Below are positions 23,501-36,900 of a stretch of 64,000 nucleotides of DNA, piece by piece. Where the stretch lies: positions 310,001 through 374,000 of the forward strand of contig JAJCTO010000011.1 in the NCBI GenBank assembly GCA_046563655.1. Reading direction: 5' to 3'. The first letter of the stretch is position 1. The number at the start of each line of letters is the position of its first letter. The position numbers and the translations under genes were made by a program. This DNA comes from Yuukianura sp. NJ FZ-2021 (Eukaryota). Below the pieces are notes generated by a model. The model ran no database searches and was not told where the DNA came from. It worked only from the letters and a program-made list of their open reading frames with translations.

Positions 23501-26500
23501 TTCGTGTTAGAAAGATTTCTTGCTACACCATGGTTTCTAAAAACCATGCCGGAAATCATGAAATGGAAGAATTCTACCTGCTGAACTAGTTGGTCTCTAT
23601 TGCGTGAAATTTTGTACTAGTTGGTCTCCATCGTGAATTTGTAAAATGTTTTGTAGTGTTCATAAGTTTTAGAGGCTGTTTCAGAGGATTGGGTTTTTAC
23701 TGAGCGTTCTGATAACGTCAAAATCTAATTGTTCCGTATACCTCCTAATGTCGCCTTGAAGTATCAGATTTCGTGTTAGAAATATTTTTTGCTACACCAT
23801 GGTTTCTAAAAACCATGCCGGAAATCATGAAATGGAAGAATTCTATCCGCTGAACTAGTTGGTCTCTATTGCGTGAAATTTTGTACTAGTTGGTCTCCAT
23901 CGTGAATTTGTAAAATGTTTTGTAGTGTTCATAAGTTTTAGAGGCTGTTTCAGAGGATTGGGTTTTTACTGAGCGTTCTGATAACGTCAAAATCTAATTG
24001 TTCCGTATACCTCCTAATGTCGCCTTGAAGTGTCAGATTTTGTGTTAGAAATATTTTTTGCTACACCATGGTTTCTAAAAACCATGCCGGAAATCATGAA
24101 ATGGAAGAATTCTATCCGCTGAACTAGTTGGTCTCTATTGCGTGAAATTTTGTACTAGTTGGTCTCCATCGTGAATTTGTAAAATGTTTTGTAGTGTTCA
24201 TAAGTTTTAGAGGCTGTTTCAGAGGATTGGGTTTTTACTGAGCGTTCTGATAACGTCAAAATCTAAATGTTCCGTATACCTCCTAATGTCGCCTTGAAGT
24301 ATCACATTTCGTGTTAGAAAGATTTCTTGCTACACCATGGTTTCTAAAAACCATGCCGGAAATCATGACATGGAAGAATTCTATCCGCTGAACTAGTTGG
24401 TCTCTATTGCGTGAAATTTTGTACTAGTTGGTCTCCATCGTGAATTTGTAAAATGTTTTGTAGTGTTCATAAGTTTTAGAGGCTGTTTCAGAGGATTGGG
24501 TTTTTACTGAGCGTTCTGATAACGTCAAAATCTAATTGTTCCGTATACCTCCTAATGTCGCCTTGAAGTGTCAGATTTTGTGTTAGAAATGTTTTGTGCT
24601 ACACCATGGTTGCTAAAAACCACGCCGGAAATCATGAAATGGAAGAATTCTATCCGCTGAACTAGTTGGTCTCTATTGCGTGAAATTTTGTACTAGTTGG
24701 TCTCCATCGTGAATTTGTAAAATGTTTTGTAGTGTTCATAAGTTTTAGAGGCTGATTCAGAAGAGTGGGTTTTTACAGAACGGTCTGCATAACGTCAAAT
24801 TTTAAAATGTTCCGTATACCTCCTAATGTCGCCTTGAAGTATCACATTTCGTGTTAGAAAGATTTCTTGCTACACCATGGTTTCTAAAAACCATGCCGGA
24901 AATCATGAAATGGAAGAATTCTACCTGCTGAACTAGTTGGTCTCTATTGCGTGAAATTTTGTACTAGTTGGTCTCCATCGTGAATTTGTAAAATGTTTTG
25001 TAGTGTTCATAAGTTTTAGAGGCTGTTTCAGAGGATTGGGTTTTTACTGAGCGTTCTGATAACGTCAAAATCTAATTGTTCCGTATACCTCCTAATGTCG
25101 CCTTGAAGTGTCAGATTTTGTGTTAGAAATATTTTTTGCTACACCATGGTTGCTAAAAACCATGCCGGAAATCATGACATGGAAGAATTCTATCCGCTGA
25201 ACTAGTTGGTCTCTATTGCGTGAAATTTTGTACTAGTTGGTCTCCATCGTGAATTTGTAAAATGTTTTGTAGTGTTCATAAGTTTTAGAGGCTGTTTCAG
25301 AGGATTGGGTTTTTACTGAGCGTTCTGATAACGTCAAAATCTAAATGTTCCGTATGCCTCCTAATGTCGCCTTGAAGTATCAGATTTCGTGTTAGAAATA
25401 TTTTTTGCTACACCATGGTTTCTAAAAACCATGCCGGAAATCATGACATGGAAGAATTCTATCCGCTGAACTAGTTGGTCTCTATTGCGTGAAATTTTGT
25501 ACTAGTTGGTCTCCATCGTGAATTTGTACAATGTTTTGTAGTGTTCATAAGTTTTAGAGGCTGTTTCAAAGGATTGGGTTTTTACTGAGCGTTCTGATAA
25601 CGTCAAAATCTAAATGTTCCGTATACCTCCTAATGTCGCCTTGAAGTATCACATTTCGGGTTAGAAATATTTCTTGCTACACCATGGTTTCTAAAAACCA
25701 TGCCGGAAATCATGAAATGGAAGAATTTTATCCGCTGAACTAGTTGGTCTCTTTTACGTGGAATTTTGTACTAGTTGGTCTCCATCGTGAATTTGTAAAA
25801 TGTTTTGTAGTGTTCATAAGTTTTAGAGGCTGGTTCAGAGGAGTGGGTTTTTACAGAGCGGTCTGCATAAAGTCAAATTTTAAAATGTTTCGTATACCTC
25901 CTAATGTCGCCTTAAAGTATCACATTTCGTGTTAGAAAGATTTCTTGCTACACCATGGTTTCTAAAAACCATGCCGGAAATCATGAAATGGAAGAATTCT
26001 ACCCGCTGAACAAGTTGGTCTCTATTGCGTGAAATTTTTTACTAGTAGTTTTCCATTGTGAAATTGTAAAATGTTTTGTAGTGTTCATAAGTTTTAGAGG
26101 CTGGTTCAGAGGAGTGGGTTTTTACTGAGCTTTCTGCATAACGTCAAAATCTAAATGTTCCGTATGCCTCCTAATGTCGCCTTGAAGTATCAGATTTCGT
26201 GTTAGAAATATTTTTTGCTACACCATGGTTTCTAAAAACCATGCCGGAAATCATGAAATGGAAGAATTCTACCCGCTGAACAAGTTGGTCTCTATAGCGT
26301 GCAATTTTGTACTAGTTGGTCTCCATCGTGAATTTGTATAATGTTTTGTAGTGTTCATAAGTTTTAGAGGCTGTTTCAGAGGATTGGGTTTTTACTGAGC
26401 TTTCTGATAACGTCAAAATCTAAATGTTCCGTATACCTCCTAATGTCGCCTTGAAGTATCACATTTCGTGTTAGAAATATTTCTTGCTACACCATGGTTT

Positions 26501-29500
26501 CTAAAAACCATGCCGGAAATCATGAAATGGAAGAATTCTATCCGCTGAGCTAGTTGGTCTCTATAGCGCGAAATTTTGTACTAGTTGGTCTCCATCGTGA
26601 ATTTGTAAAATGTTTTGTAGTGTTCATAAGTTTTAGAGGCTGGTTCAGAGGAGTGGGTTTTTACAGAGCGGTCTGCATAAAGTCAAATTTTAAAATGTCC
26701 GTATACCTCCTAATGTCGCCTTAAAGTATCACATTTCGTGTTAGAAAGATTTCTTGCTACACCACGGTTTCTAAAAACCATGCCGGAAATTATGAAATGG
26801 AAGAATTCTACCCGCTGAACTAGTTGGTCTCTATTGCGTGAAATTTTGTACTAGTAGGTCTCCATCGTGAATTTGTAAAATGTTTTGTAGTGTTCATAAA
26901 TTTTAGAGGCTGTTTCAAAGGATTGGGTTTTTACTGAGCGTTCTGATAACGTCAAAATCTAATTGTTCCGTATACCTCCTAATGTCGCCTTGAAGTGTCA
27001 GATTTTGTGTTAGAAATATTTTTGCTACACCATGGTTGCTAAAAACCATGCCGGAAGTCATGAAATGGAAGAATTCTATCCGCCGAACTAGTTGGTCTCT
27101 ATTGCGTGAAATTTTGTACTAGTTGGTCTCCATCGTGAATTTGTAAAATGTTTTGTAGTGTTCATAAGTTTTAGAGGCTGTTTCAGAGGATTGGGTTTTT
27201 ACTGAGCGTTCTGATAACGTCAAAATCTAATTGTTCCGTATACCTCCTAATGTCGCCTTGAAGTGTCAGATTTTGTGTTAGAAATATTTTTTGCTACACC
27301 ATGGTTGCTAAAAACCACGCCGGAAATCATGAAATGGAAGAATTCTATCCGCTGAACTAGTTGGTCTCTATTGCGTGAAATTTTGTACTAGTTGGTCTCC
27401 ATCGTGAATTTGTAAAATGTTTTGTAGTTTTCATGAGTTTTAGAGGCTGGTTCAGAGGAGTGGGTTTTTACTGAGCATTCTGATAACGCCAAAATCTAAA
27501 TGTTCCGTATACCTCCTAATGTCGCTTTGAAGTATCAGATTTTGTGTTAGAAATATTTTTTGCTACACCATGGTTGCTAAAAACCATGCCGGAAATCATG
27601 ACATGGAAGAATTCTATCCGCTGAACTAGTTGGTCTCTATTGCGTGAAATTTTGTACTAGTTGGTCTCCATCGTGAATTTGTAAAATGTTTTGTAGTGTT
27701 CATAAGTTTTAGAGGCTGGTTCAGAGGAGTGGGTTTTTACAGAGCGGTCTGCATAAAGTCAAATTTTAAAATGTTTCGTATACCTCCTAATGTCGCCTTA
27801 AAGTGTCACATTTCGTGTTAGAAAGATTTCTTGCTACACCACGGTTTCTAAAAACCATGCCGGAAATTATGAAATGGAAGAATTCTACCCGCTGAACTAG
27901 TTGGTCTCTATTGCGTGAAATTTTGTACTAGTTGGTCTCCATCGTGAATTTGTAAAATGTTTTGTAGTGTTCATAAATTTTAGAGGCTGTTTCAAAGGAT
28001 TGGGTTTTTACTGAGCGTTCTGATAACGTCAAAATCTAAATGTTCCGTATACCTCCTAATGTCGCCTTGAAGTATCACATTTCGTGTTAGAAAGATTTCT
28101 TGCTACACCACGGTTTCTAAAAACCATGCCGGAAATTATGAAATGGAAGAATTCTACCTGCTGAACTAGTTGGTCTCTATTGCGTGAAATTTTGTACTAG
28201 TTGGTCTCCATCGTGAATTTGTAAAATGTTTTGTAGTGTTCATAAGTTTTAGAGGCTGTTTCAGAGGATTGGGTTTTTACTGAGCGTTCTGATAACGTCA
28301 AAATCTAATTGTTCCGTATACCTCCTAATGTCGCCTTGAAGTGTCAGATTTTGTGTTAGAAATATTTTTTGCTACACCATGGTTGCTAAAAACCACGCCG
28401 GAAATCATGAAATGGAAGAATTCTATCCGCCGAACTAGTTGGTCTCTATTGCGTGAAATTTTGTACTAGTTGGTCTCCATCGTGAATTTGTAAAATGTTT
28501 TGTAGTGTTCATAAGTTTTAGAGGCTGTTTCAGAGGATTGGGTTTTTACTGAGCGTTCTGATAACGTCAAAATCTAATTGTTCCGTATACCTCCTAATGT
28601 CGCCTTGAAGTGTCAGATTTTGTGTTAGAAATATTTTTTGCTACACCATGGTTGCTAAAAACCATGCCGGAAATCATGAAATGGAAGAATTCTATCCGCT
28701 GAACTAGTTGGTCTCTATTGCGTGAAATTTTGTACTAGTTGGTCTCCATCGTGAATTTGTAAAATGTTTTGTAGTGTTCATAAGTTTTAGAGGCTGATTC
28801 AGAAGAGTGGGTTTTTACAGCGCGGTCTGCGTAAAGTCAAATTTTAAAATGTTCCGTATACCTCCTAATGTCTCCTTGAAGTATCACATTTCGTGTTAGA
28901 AAGATTTCTTGCTACACCATGGTTTCTAAAAACCATGCCGGAAATCATGAAATGGAAGAATTCTACCTGCTGAACTAGTTGGTCTCTATTGCGTGAAATT
29001 TTGTACTAGTTGGTCTCCATCGTAAATTTGTAAAATGTTTTGTAGTGTTCATAAGTTTTCGAGGCTGTTTCAGAGGATTGGGTTTTTACTGAGCGTTCTG
29101 ATGACGTCAAAATCTAATTGTTCCGTATACCTCCTAATGTCGCCTTGAAGTGTCAGATTTTGTGTTAGAAATGTTTTGTGCTACACCATGGTTGCTAAAA
29201 ACCACGCCGGAAATCATGAAATGGAAGAATTCTATCCGCTGAACTAGTTGGTCTCTATTGCGTGAAATTTTGTACTAGTTGGTCTCCATCGTGAATTTGT
29301 AAAATGTTTTGTAGTGTTCATAAGTTTTAGAGGCTGATTCAGAAGAGTGGGTTTTTACAGAACGGTCTGCATAACGTCAAATTTTAAAATGTTCCGTATA
29401 CCTCCTAATGTCGCATTGAAGTATCACATTCCGTGTTAGAAATACTTCTTGCTACACCATGGTTTCTAAAAACCATGCCGGAAATCATGAGATGGAAGAA

Positions 29501-32500
29501 TTCTACCTGCTGAACTAGTTGGTTTCTATAGCGTGCAATTTTGTACTAGTTGGTCTCCATCGTGAATTTGTAAAATGTTTTGTAGTGTTCATAAGTTTTA
29601 GAGGCTGGTTCAGAGGAGTGGGTTTTTACAGAGCGGTCTGCATAACGTCAAATTTTAAAATGTTTCGTACACTTCCTAATGTCGCCTTAAAGTATCAGAT
29701 TTTGTGTTAGAAATATTTTTTGCTACACCATGGTTGCTAAAAACCACGCCGGAAATCATGAAATGGAAGAATTCTATCCGCTGAACTAGTTGGTCTCTAT
29801 TGCGTGAAATTTTGTACTAGTTGGTCTAAATCGTGAATTTGTAAAATGTTTTGTAGTGTTCATAAGTTTTAGAGGCTGATTCAGAAGAGTGGGTTTTTAC
29901 AGCGCGGTCTGCGTAAAGTCAAATTTTAAAATGTTCCGTATACCTCCTAATGTCTCCTTGAAGTATCACATTTCGTGTTAGAAAGATTTCTTGCTACACC
30001 ATGGTTTCTAAAAACCATGCCGGAAATCATGAAATGGAAGAATTCTACCTGCTGAACTAGTTGGTCTCTATTGCGTGAAATTTTGTACTAGTTGGTCTCC
30101 ATCGTAAATTTGTAAAATGTTTTGTAGTGTTCATAAGTTTTCGAGGCTGTTTCAGAGGATTGGGTTTTTACTGAGCGTTCTGATGACGTCAAAATCTAAT
30201 TGTTCCGTATACCTCCTAATGTCGCCTTGAAGTGTCAGATTTTGTGTTAGAAATGTTTTGTGCTACACCATGGTTGCTAAAAACCACGCCGGAAATCATG
30301 AAATGGAAGAATTCTATCCGCTGAACTAGTTGGTCTCTATTGCGTGAAATTTTGTACTAGTTGGTCTCCATCGTGAATTTGTAAAATGTTTTGTAGTGTT
30401 CATAAGTTTTAGAGGCTGATTCAGAAGAGTGGGTTTTTACAGAACGGTCTGCATAACGTCAAATTTTAAAATGTTCCGTATACCTCCTAATGTCGCATTG
30501 AAGTATCACATTTCGTGTTAGAAAGATTTCTTGCTACACCATGGTTTCTAAAAACCATGCCGGAAATCATGAAATGGAAGAATTCTACCTGCTGAACTAG
30601 TTGGTCTCTATTGCGTGAAATTTTGTACTAGTTGGTCTCCATCATGAATTTGTAAAATGTTTTGTAGTGTTCATAAGTTTTCGAGGCTGTTTCAGAGGAT
30701 TGGGTTTTTACTGAGCGTTCTGATAACGTCAAAATCTAAATGTTCCGTATACCTCCTAATGTCGCCTTGAAGTGTCAGATTTTGTGTTAGAAATATTTTG
30801 TGCTACACCATGGTTTCTAAAAACCATGCCGGAAATCATGAAATGGAAGAATTTTATCCGCTGAACTAGTTGGTCTCTTTTGCGTGGAATTTTGTACTAG
30901 TTGGTCTCCATCGTGAATTTGTAAAATGTTTTGTAGTGTTCATAAGTTTTAGAGGCTGGTTCAGAGGAGTGGGTTTTTACAGAGCGTTCTGCATAACGTC
31001 AAATTTTAAAATGTTTCGTATACCTCCTAATGTCGCCTTAAAGTATCAGATTTCGTGTTAGAAAGATTTCTTGCTACACCACGGTTTCTAAAAACCATGC
31101 CGGAAATTATGAAATGGAAGAATTCTACCCGCTGAACTAGTTGGTCTCTATTGCGTGAAATTTTGTACTAGTAGGTCTCCATCGTGAATTTGTAAAATGT
31201 TTTGTAGTGTTCATAAATTTTAGAGGCTGTTTCAAAGGAGTGGGTTTTTACAGAGCGGTCTGCATAACGTCAAATTTTAAAATGTTTCGTATACCTCCTA
31301 ATGTCGCCTTAAAGTATCACATTTCGTGTTAGAAAGATTTCTTGCTACACCACGGTTTCTAACAACCATGCCGGAAATTATGAAATGGAAGAATTCTACC
31401 CGCTGAACTAGTTGGTCTCTATTGCGTGAAATTTTGTACTAGTAGGTCTCCATCGTGAATTTGTAAAATGTTTTGTAGTGTTCATAAGTTTTAGAGGCTG
31501 ATTCAGAAGAGTGGGTTTTTACTGAGCGGTCTGTATAACGTCAAAATCTAAATGTTCCGTATGCCTCCAAATGTCGCCTTGAAGTATCAGATTTCGTGTT
31601 AGAAAGATTTCTTGCTACACCATGGTTTCTAAAAACCATGCCGGAAATCATGAAATGGAAGAATTCTACCCGCTGAACTAGTTGCTCTCTATTGCGTGAA
31701 ATTTTGTACTAGTAGGTCTCCATCGTGAATTTGTAAAATGTTTTGTAGTGTTCATAAGTTTTAGAGGCTGATTCAGAAGAGTGGGTTTTTACTGAGCGGT
31801 CTGTATAACGTCAAAATCTAAATGTTCCGTATGCCTCCAAATGTCGCCTTGAAGTATCAGATTTCGTGTTAGAAAGATTTCTTGCTACACCATGGTTTCT
31901 AAAAACCATGCCGGAAATCATGAAATGGAAGAATTCTACCCGCTGAACTAGTTGCTCTCTATTGCGTGAAATTTTGTACTAGTAGGTCTCCATCGTGAAT
32001 TTGTACAATGTTTTGTAGTGTTCATAAGTTTTAGAGGCTGTTTCAAAGGATTGGGTTTTTACTGAGCGTTCTGATAACGTCAAAATCTAAATGTTCCGTA
32101 TACCTCCTAATGTCGCCTTGAAGTATCACATTTCGGGTTAGAAATATTTCTTGCTACACCATGGTTTCTAAAAACCATGCCGGAAATCATGAAATGGAAG
32201 AATTCTATCCGCTGAGCTAGTTGGTCTCTATAGCGCGAAATTTTGTACTAGTTGGTCTCCATCGTGAATTTGTAAAATGTTTTGTAGTGTTCATAAGTTT
32301 TAGAGGCTGGTTCAGAGGAGTGGGTTTTTACAGAGCGGTCTGCATAAAGTCAAATTTTAAAATGTTTCGTATACCTCCTAATGTCGCCTTAAAGTATCAC
32401 ATTTCGTGTTAGAAAGATTTCTTGCTACACCATGGTTTCTAAAAACCATGCCGGAAATCATGAAATGGAAGAATTCTACCCGCTGAACTAGTTGCTCTCT

Positions 32501-33907
32501 ATTGCGTGAAATTTTGTACTAGTAGGTCTCCATCGTGAATTTGTAAAATGTTTTGTAGTGTTCATAAGTTTTAGAGGCTGATTCAGAAGAGTGGGTTTTT
32601 ACTGAGCGGTCTGTATAACGTCAAAATCTAAATGTTCCGTATGCCTCCAAATGTCGCCTTGAAGTATCAGATTTCGTGTTAGAAAGATTTCTTGCTACAC
32701 CATGGTTTCTAAAAACCATGCCGGAAATCATGAAATGGAAGAATTCTACCCGCTGAACTAGTTGCTCTCTATTGCGTGAAATTTTGTACTAGTAGGTCTC
32801 CATCGTGAATTTGTACAATGTTTTGTAGTGTTCATAAGTTTTAGAGGCTGTTTCAAAGGATTGGGTTTTTACTGAGCGTTCTGATAACGTCAAAATCTAA
32901 ATGTTCCGTATACCTCCTAATGTCGCCTTGAAGTATCACATTTCGGGTTAGAAATATTTCTTGCTACACCATGGTTTCTAAAAACCATGCCGGAAATCAT
33001 GAAATGGAAGAATTCTATCCGCTGAGCTAGTTGGTCTCTATAGCGCGAAATTTTGTACTAGTTGGTCTCCATCGTGAATTTGTAAAATGTTTTGTAGTGT
33101 TCATAAGTTTTAGAGGCTGGTTCAGAGGAGTGGGTTTTTACAGAGCGGTCTGCATAACGTCAAATTTTAAAATGTTTCGTATACCTCCTAATGTCGCCTT
33201 AAAGTATCACATTTCGTGTTAGAAAGATTTCTTGCTACACCACGGTTTCTAACAACCATGCCGGAAATTATGAAATGGAAGAATTCTACCCGCTGAACTA
33301 GTTGGTCTCTATTGCGTGAAATTTTGTACTAGTAGGTCTCCATCGTGAATTTGTAAAATGTTTTGTAGTGTTCATAAATTTTAGAGGCTGTTTCAAAGGA
33401 GTGGGTTTTTACAGAGCGGTCTGCATAACGTCAAATTTTAAAATGTTTCGTATACCTCCTAATGTCGCCTTAAAGTATCACATTTCGTGTTAGAAAGATT
33501 TCTTGCTACACCACGGTTTCTAACAACCATGCCGGAAATTATGAAATGGAAGAATTCTACCCGCTGAACTAGTTGGTCTCTATTGCGTGAAATTTTGTAC
33601 TAGTAGGTCTCCATCGTGAATTTGTAAAATGTTTTGTAGTGTTTCAAATCAAAAATCAAAAGTTTGGAAAACACGAAATTTTGCTCCTCAATTTTCCAGT
33701 TTTTTAAGACATTAATTTGTGATCTACCCAACTTTTGCTCATATCGTCCTAAAGCACTTCGTCTACTGATCAACTCGTGACAGGTTTCAAGAAAATACGT
33801 TGCCAGTTCAGCCTGTCCGGTCCTGTTTTGTCACTTGGAAGTCCAGTCACCGTCAACTAAGTTTTCAGCACCAGCGGATCCTTCAACTCATCTCCATAGC
33901 AACAAAT

Positions 33908-36900
33908 ATGACTCAACGAAAATTAAAAAATCGAAGTAAAATGAAATCAACATCTATCTCCTTGACTCCAGCTCCTGATTCTTCATCTGTGCAAACAATC
34001 TCTAAAGTGTCACCAGCTCCAGCCCAGAATGCAGTTTCTTCACCAGTTCCAGCATCAAGTTCCTCCGGGTCCCGTATTACATCCGTTCCAGCATCAAGTG
34101 ATTTCATCATCATTCCAGCGTCAGCTTCAAATGACTACGGTTCCTGTATTGAATCAGTTCCAGCTTCAAATGACTATGGTTCCTGTATTGAATCAGCTCC
34201 AGCTTCAAATGACTATTGTTCCTATATTGAATCAGTTCCAGCTTCAAATGACTACGGTTCCTGTATTGAATCAGTTCCAGCTTCAAGCGACTATGGTTCC
34301 TGTATTGAATCAGTTCCAGCTTCAAACGACTATAGTTCCTGTGTTGAATCAGTTCCAGCTTCAAATGACCCCGGTTCCTGTATTGTGTCAGTTCCAGCTT
34401 CAAATGATCCCGGTTCCTGTATTGATTCAGTTCCAGCTTCAAATGACTATGCTCCAACTTCAAAGGAGTCAGTTCCAGTTTCAAATGATTCCGGTTTCTG
34501 CATTAACTCAACCCCAGCTGCAATTGAATCATTTCCATCTCCAAATGACTCCGGTTCCTGTATTGTGCCAGCTCCAGCGTCAAATGACTTCGGTTGCCGT
34601 GCTGCATCAGCTCCAATCAATGTTATGGCTTCAAGTTCATGCTCAGTCCCAATTACCAATCAACACGTTTCCAATACTCCTTCTCTTACTAGAACACTCC
34701 AGAATCGCAAAATAACAGATGAATGGATTGCTGATAACATCATTTCGTCCGCCAGTGGCTCAATTCGAAAATTAGACGTCAAATCCAAATACCATCAATT
34801 TTGCAACTCTCTCAACATTCGTCCAGTCGTTGACACCACATTCGGTACCAAACTGCGAAAGTTATTCCCTTCAATGTCGACAGTTCGTGCCGGAGGTCGC
34901 CGTCATTCTGAACAGTCCTACTCTGGCATTGCTTGGAAGGATGTTTGCTCTTCACCTGCTCGCAATTCCACAGAAGAAGACCTAGGAAGCATCCTCGCAA
35001 AACTCAAACAATCGACACACACGATGAAGCACGTTCCTAAAGGTGCCAGGACCACTGCCGCGTCCAGGCTTTCAGACTTCATTGATGAAGTGACTTCAAC
35101 TAATTCCGCCGAGTCATGGTCAAACCTCTTGCTTTTCCCATTCTTCGCGTTTCGTCTACCTAAGAAGGCCGACCGTGTCACCAACCTCACCTCCTGGGTA
35201 AAATCCAATATCTGCACCTTGTCACCTTCTTCGGCTCTCAACGTTTCAACGTTAATCTTGGAAACTTCAAGCACTCCACAATCAAATTCAGCCATTCAGT
35301 CCCACATTATTCAATCTAAACTTGCTGATGGAGACATTCACGGTGCAGTTCGTATTTTATGTTCCGATGACTCAATGGCCAATGAAGATTCTTCTACATT
35401 AGACGCTCTTGAACGATTACATCCTCCTTATCCAGTACCACTCCAGTTTCCAGATCGTCAACAATCATCTGAAGTTGTCTTCGACGAACTCGAACTGCTA
35501 AAATCAATCTCTTCTTTTCCGAATGGTTCGGCCGGAGGTCTCGACTCTCTGCGACCTCAAGTACTGAAAGAGCTAACTTCAAAAATTACTGGCGATTCCG
35601 GTCAAAAACTTCTGTCTTCCATAACGAAGCTTGCAAACCTCATCATTAATAACACCATCCCTGAAGTAATCCGTCCGATCTTCTACGGTGCCTCTTTAAT
35701 TGCACTCCAGAAAAAAAAAGGTGGGATCCGCCCTATCGCGATTGGATTGACCTGGCGCCGGATAGCATCAAAGCTTGTCTTATCGAGATCAATGAAAGAC
35801 ATCGTCTCATACCTGAGCCCGGTACAAATTGGGGTAGGAGTCAACAACGGTTCTGAAGCTGCAGCCCACGCCGCTAGGATCTACGTCAATTCTCCACATT
35901 CTTCCAGTAAGGTCATGCTCAAGATTGATTTCAAGAACGCCTTTAACCTCATCAGAAGAGATAAAATGCTAGATTCTGTTAAATCTCTCATTCCCGACTT
36001 CTATAACTTCATCCATCAAGCTTATTCATCAGACTCGAATTTATTTTACGGTTCTTCCAAAATCAAATCGAGCCTTGGAGTCCAACAAGGCGATCCGATC
36101 GGTCCCGCCCTCTTCGCCATCACCATCCAGCCACTGGCAACAGCAATCCAGTCAGAGTTTAACGTATGGTATCTTGACGATTCAACCATTGCCGACAAGC
36201 CTGAAATAGTCCTGAAGTATCTGCAGCATATCACCACCAACGCAGCATCTTTTGGCCTACAACTTAACACACAGAAATATGAGATCATCGTCATCGGTGG
36301 CGATGAAATGGAGTCCAGAGCCATCTCTAGCTCATTTCTTTCGTTCGCACCTGATATACGAGTCTGCAATGAAGAAGACGCCGAACTACTCGGAGCCCCA
36401 TTATCCAAAGCTTCTGGACGACGAATCTTGAAGATGAAGACCGACGATTTCAACAGACTTTCGTCTAAGCTGCTAGCTCTTCCGACTCACGTGGCTTTCT
36501 TCTTACTAAGAGCTTCAATTTCGATTCCAAGACTGACATACTTCCTTCGCTGCGCACCATCATTTCTTGAAGAAGACCTACTGAAAGACTACGATGATTC
36601 TCTTCGTAAAGTTTTGGAAAAAATTCTCAACATAAGCCTTTCTGAAAATGCCTGGATTCAAACATCTCTGCCGGTGGCACAAGGAGGTTTGGGAATCCGC
36701 CAAGCTAACGATTGCGCTACACTCTGTTTTTTGGCTTCAATCTTTAGCTGCGCAGACCTAATCACCTCCTTCCTACCTGGTAACCTATCGCCTTTCGATC
36801 CATCGTACGACTTAGCAACTTTCAAATGGTCCAACGATTTTGATTTTCCATCTAATCACAAAGTTCAGAAGGAATGGGAGATATTAAAATCATCGAAAAT

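Noticed and set aside
33632..33643. SatB as a spliced-leader, 5S or snRNA gene array (classical targets of site-specific RLE elements)
   Set aside because: I could not recognise a spliced-leader exon with Sm site, 5S or U-snRNA sequence in either monomer. An Rfam search would be needed to exclude this fully.
34121..34615. CRISPR-like appearance of regular short repeats
   Set aside because: Units are contiguous with no unique spacers, lie in-frame in a eukaryotic retrotransposon ORF, and no cas genes are present.
33913..36453. Overlapping ORFs in other frames of the retrotransposon (228-aa Q-rich frame, minus-strand 62-135 aa frames)
   Set aside because: Shadow frames caused by the 39-bp repeat and the codon bias of the main ORF.
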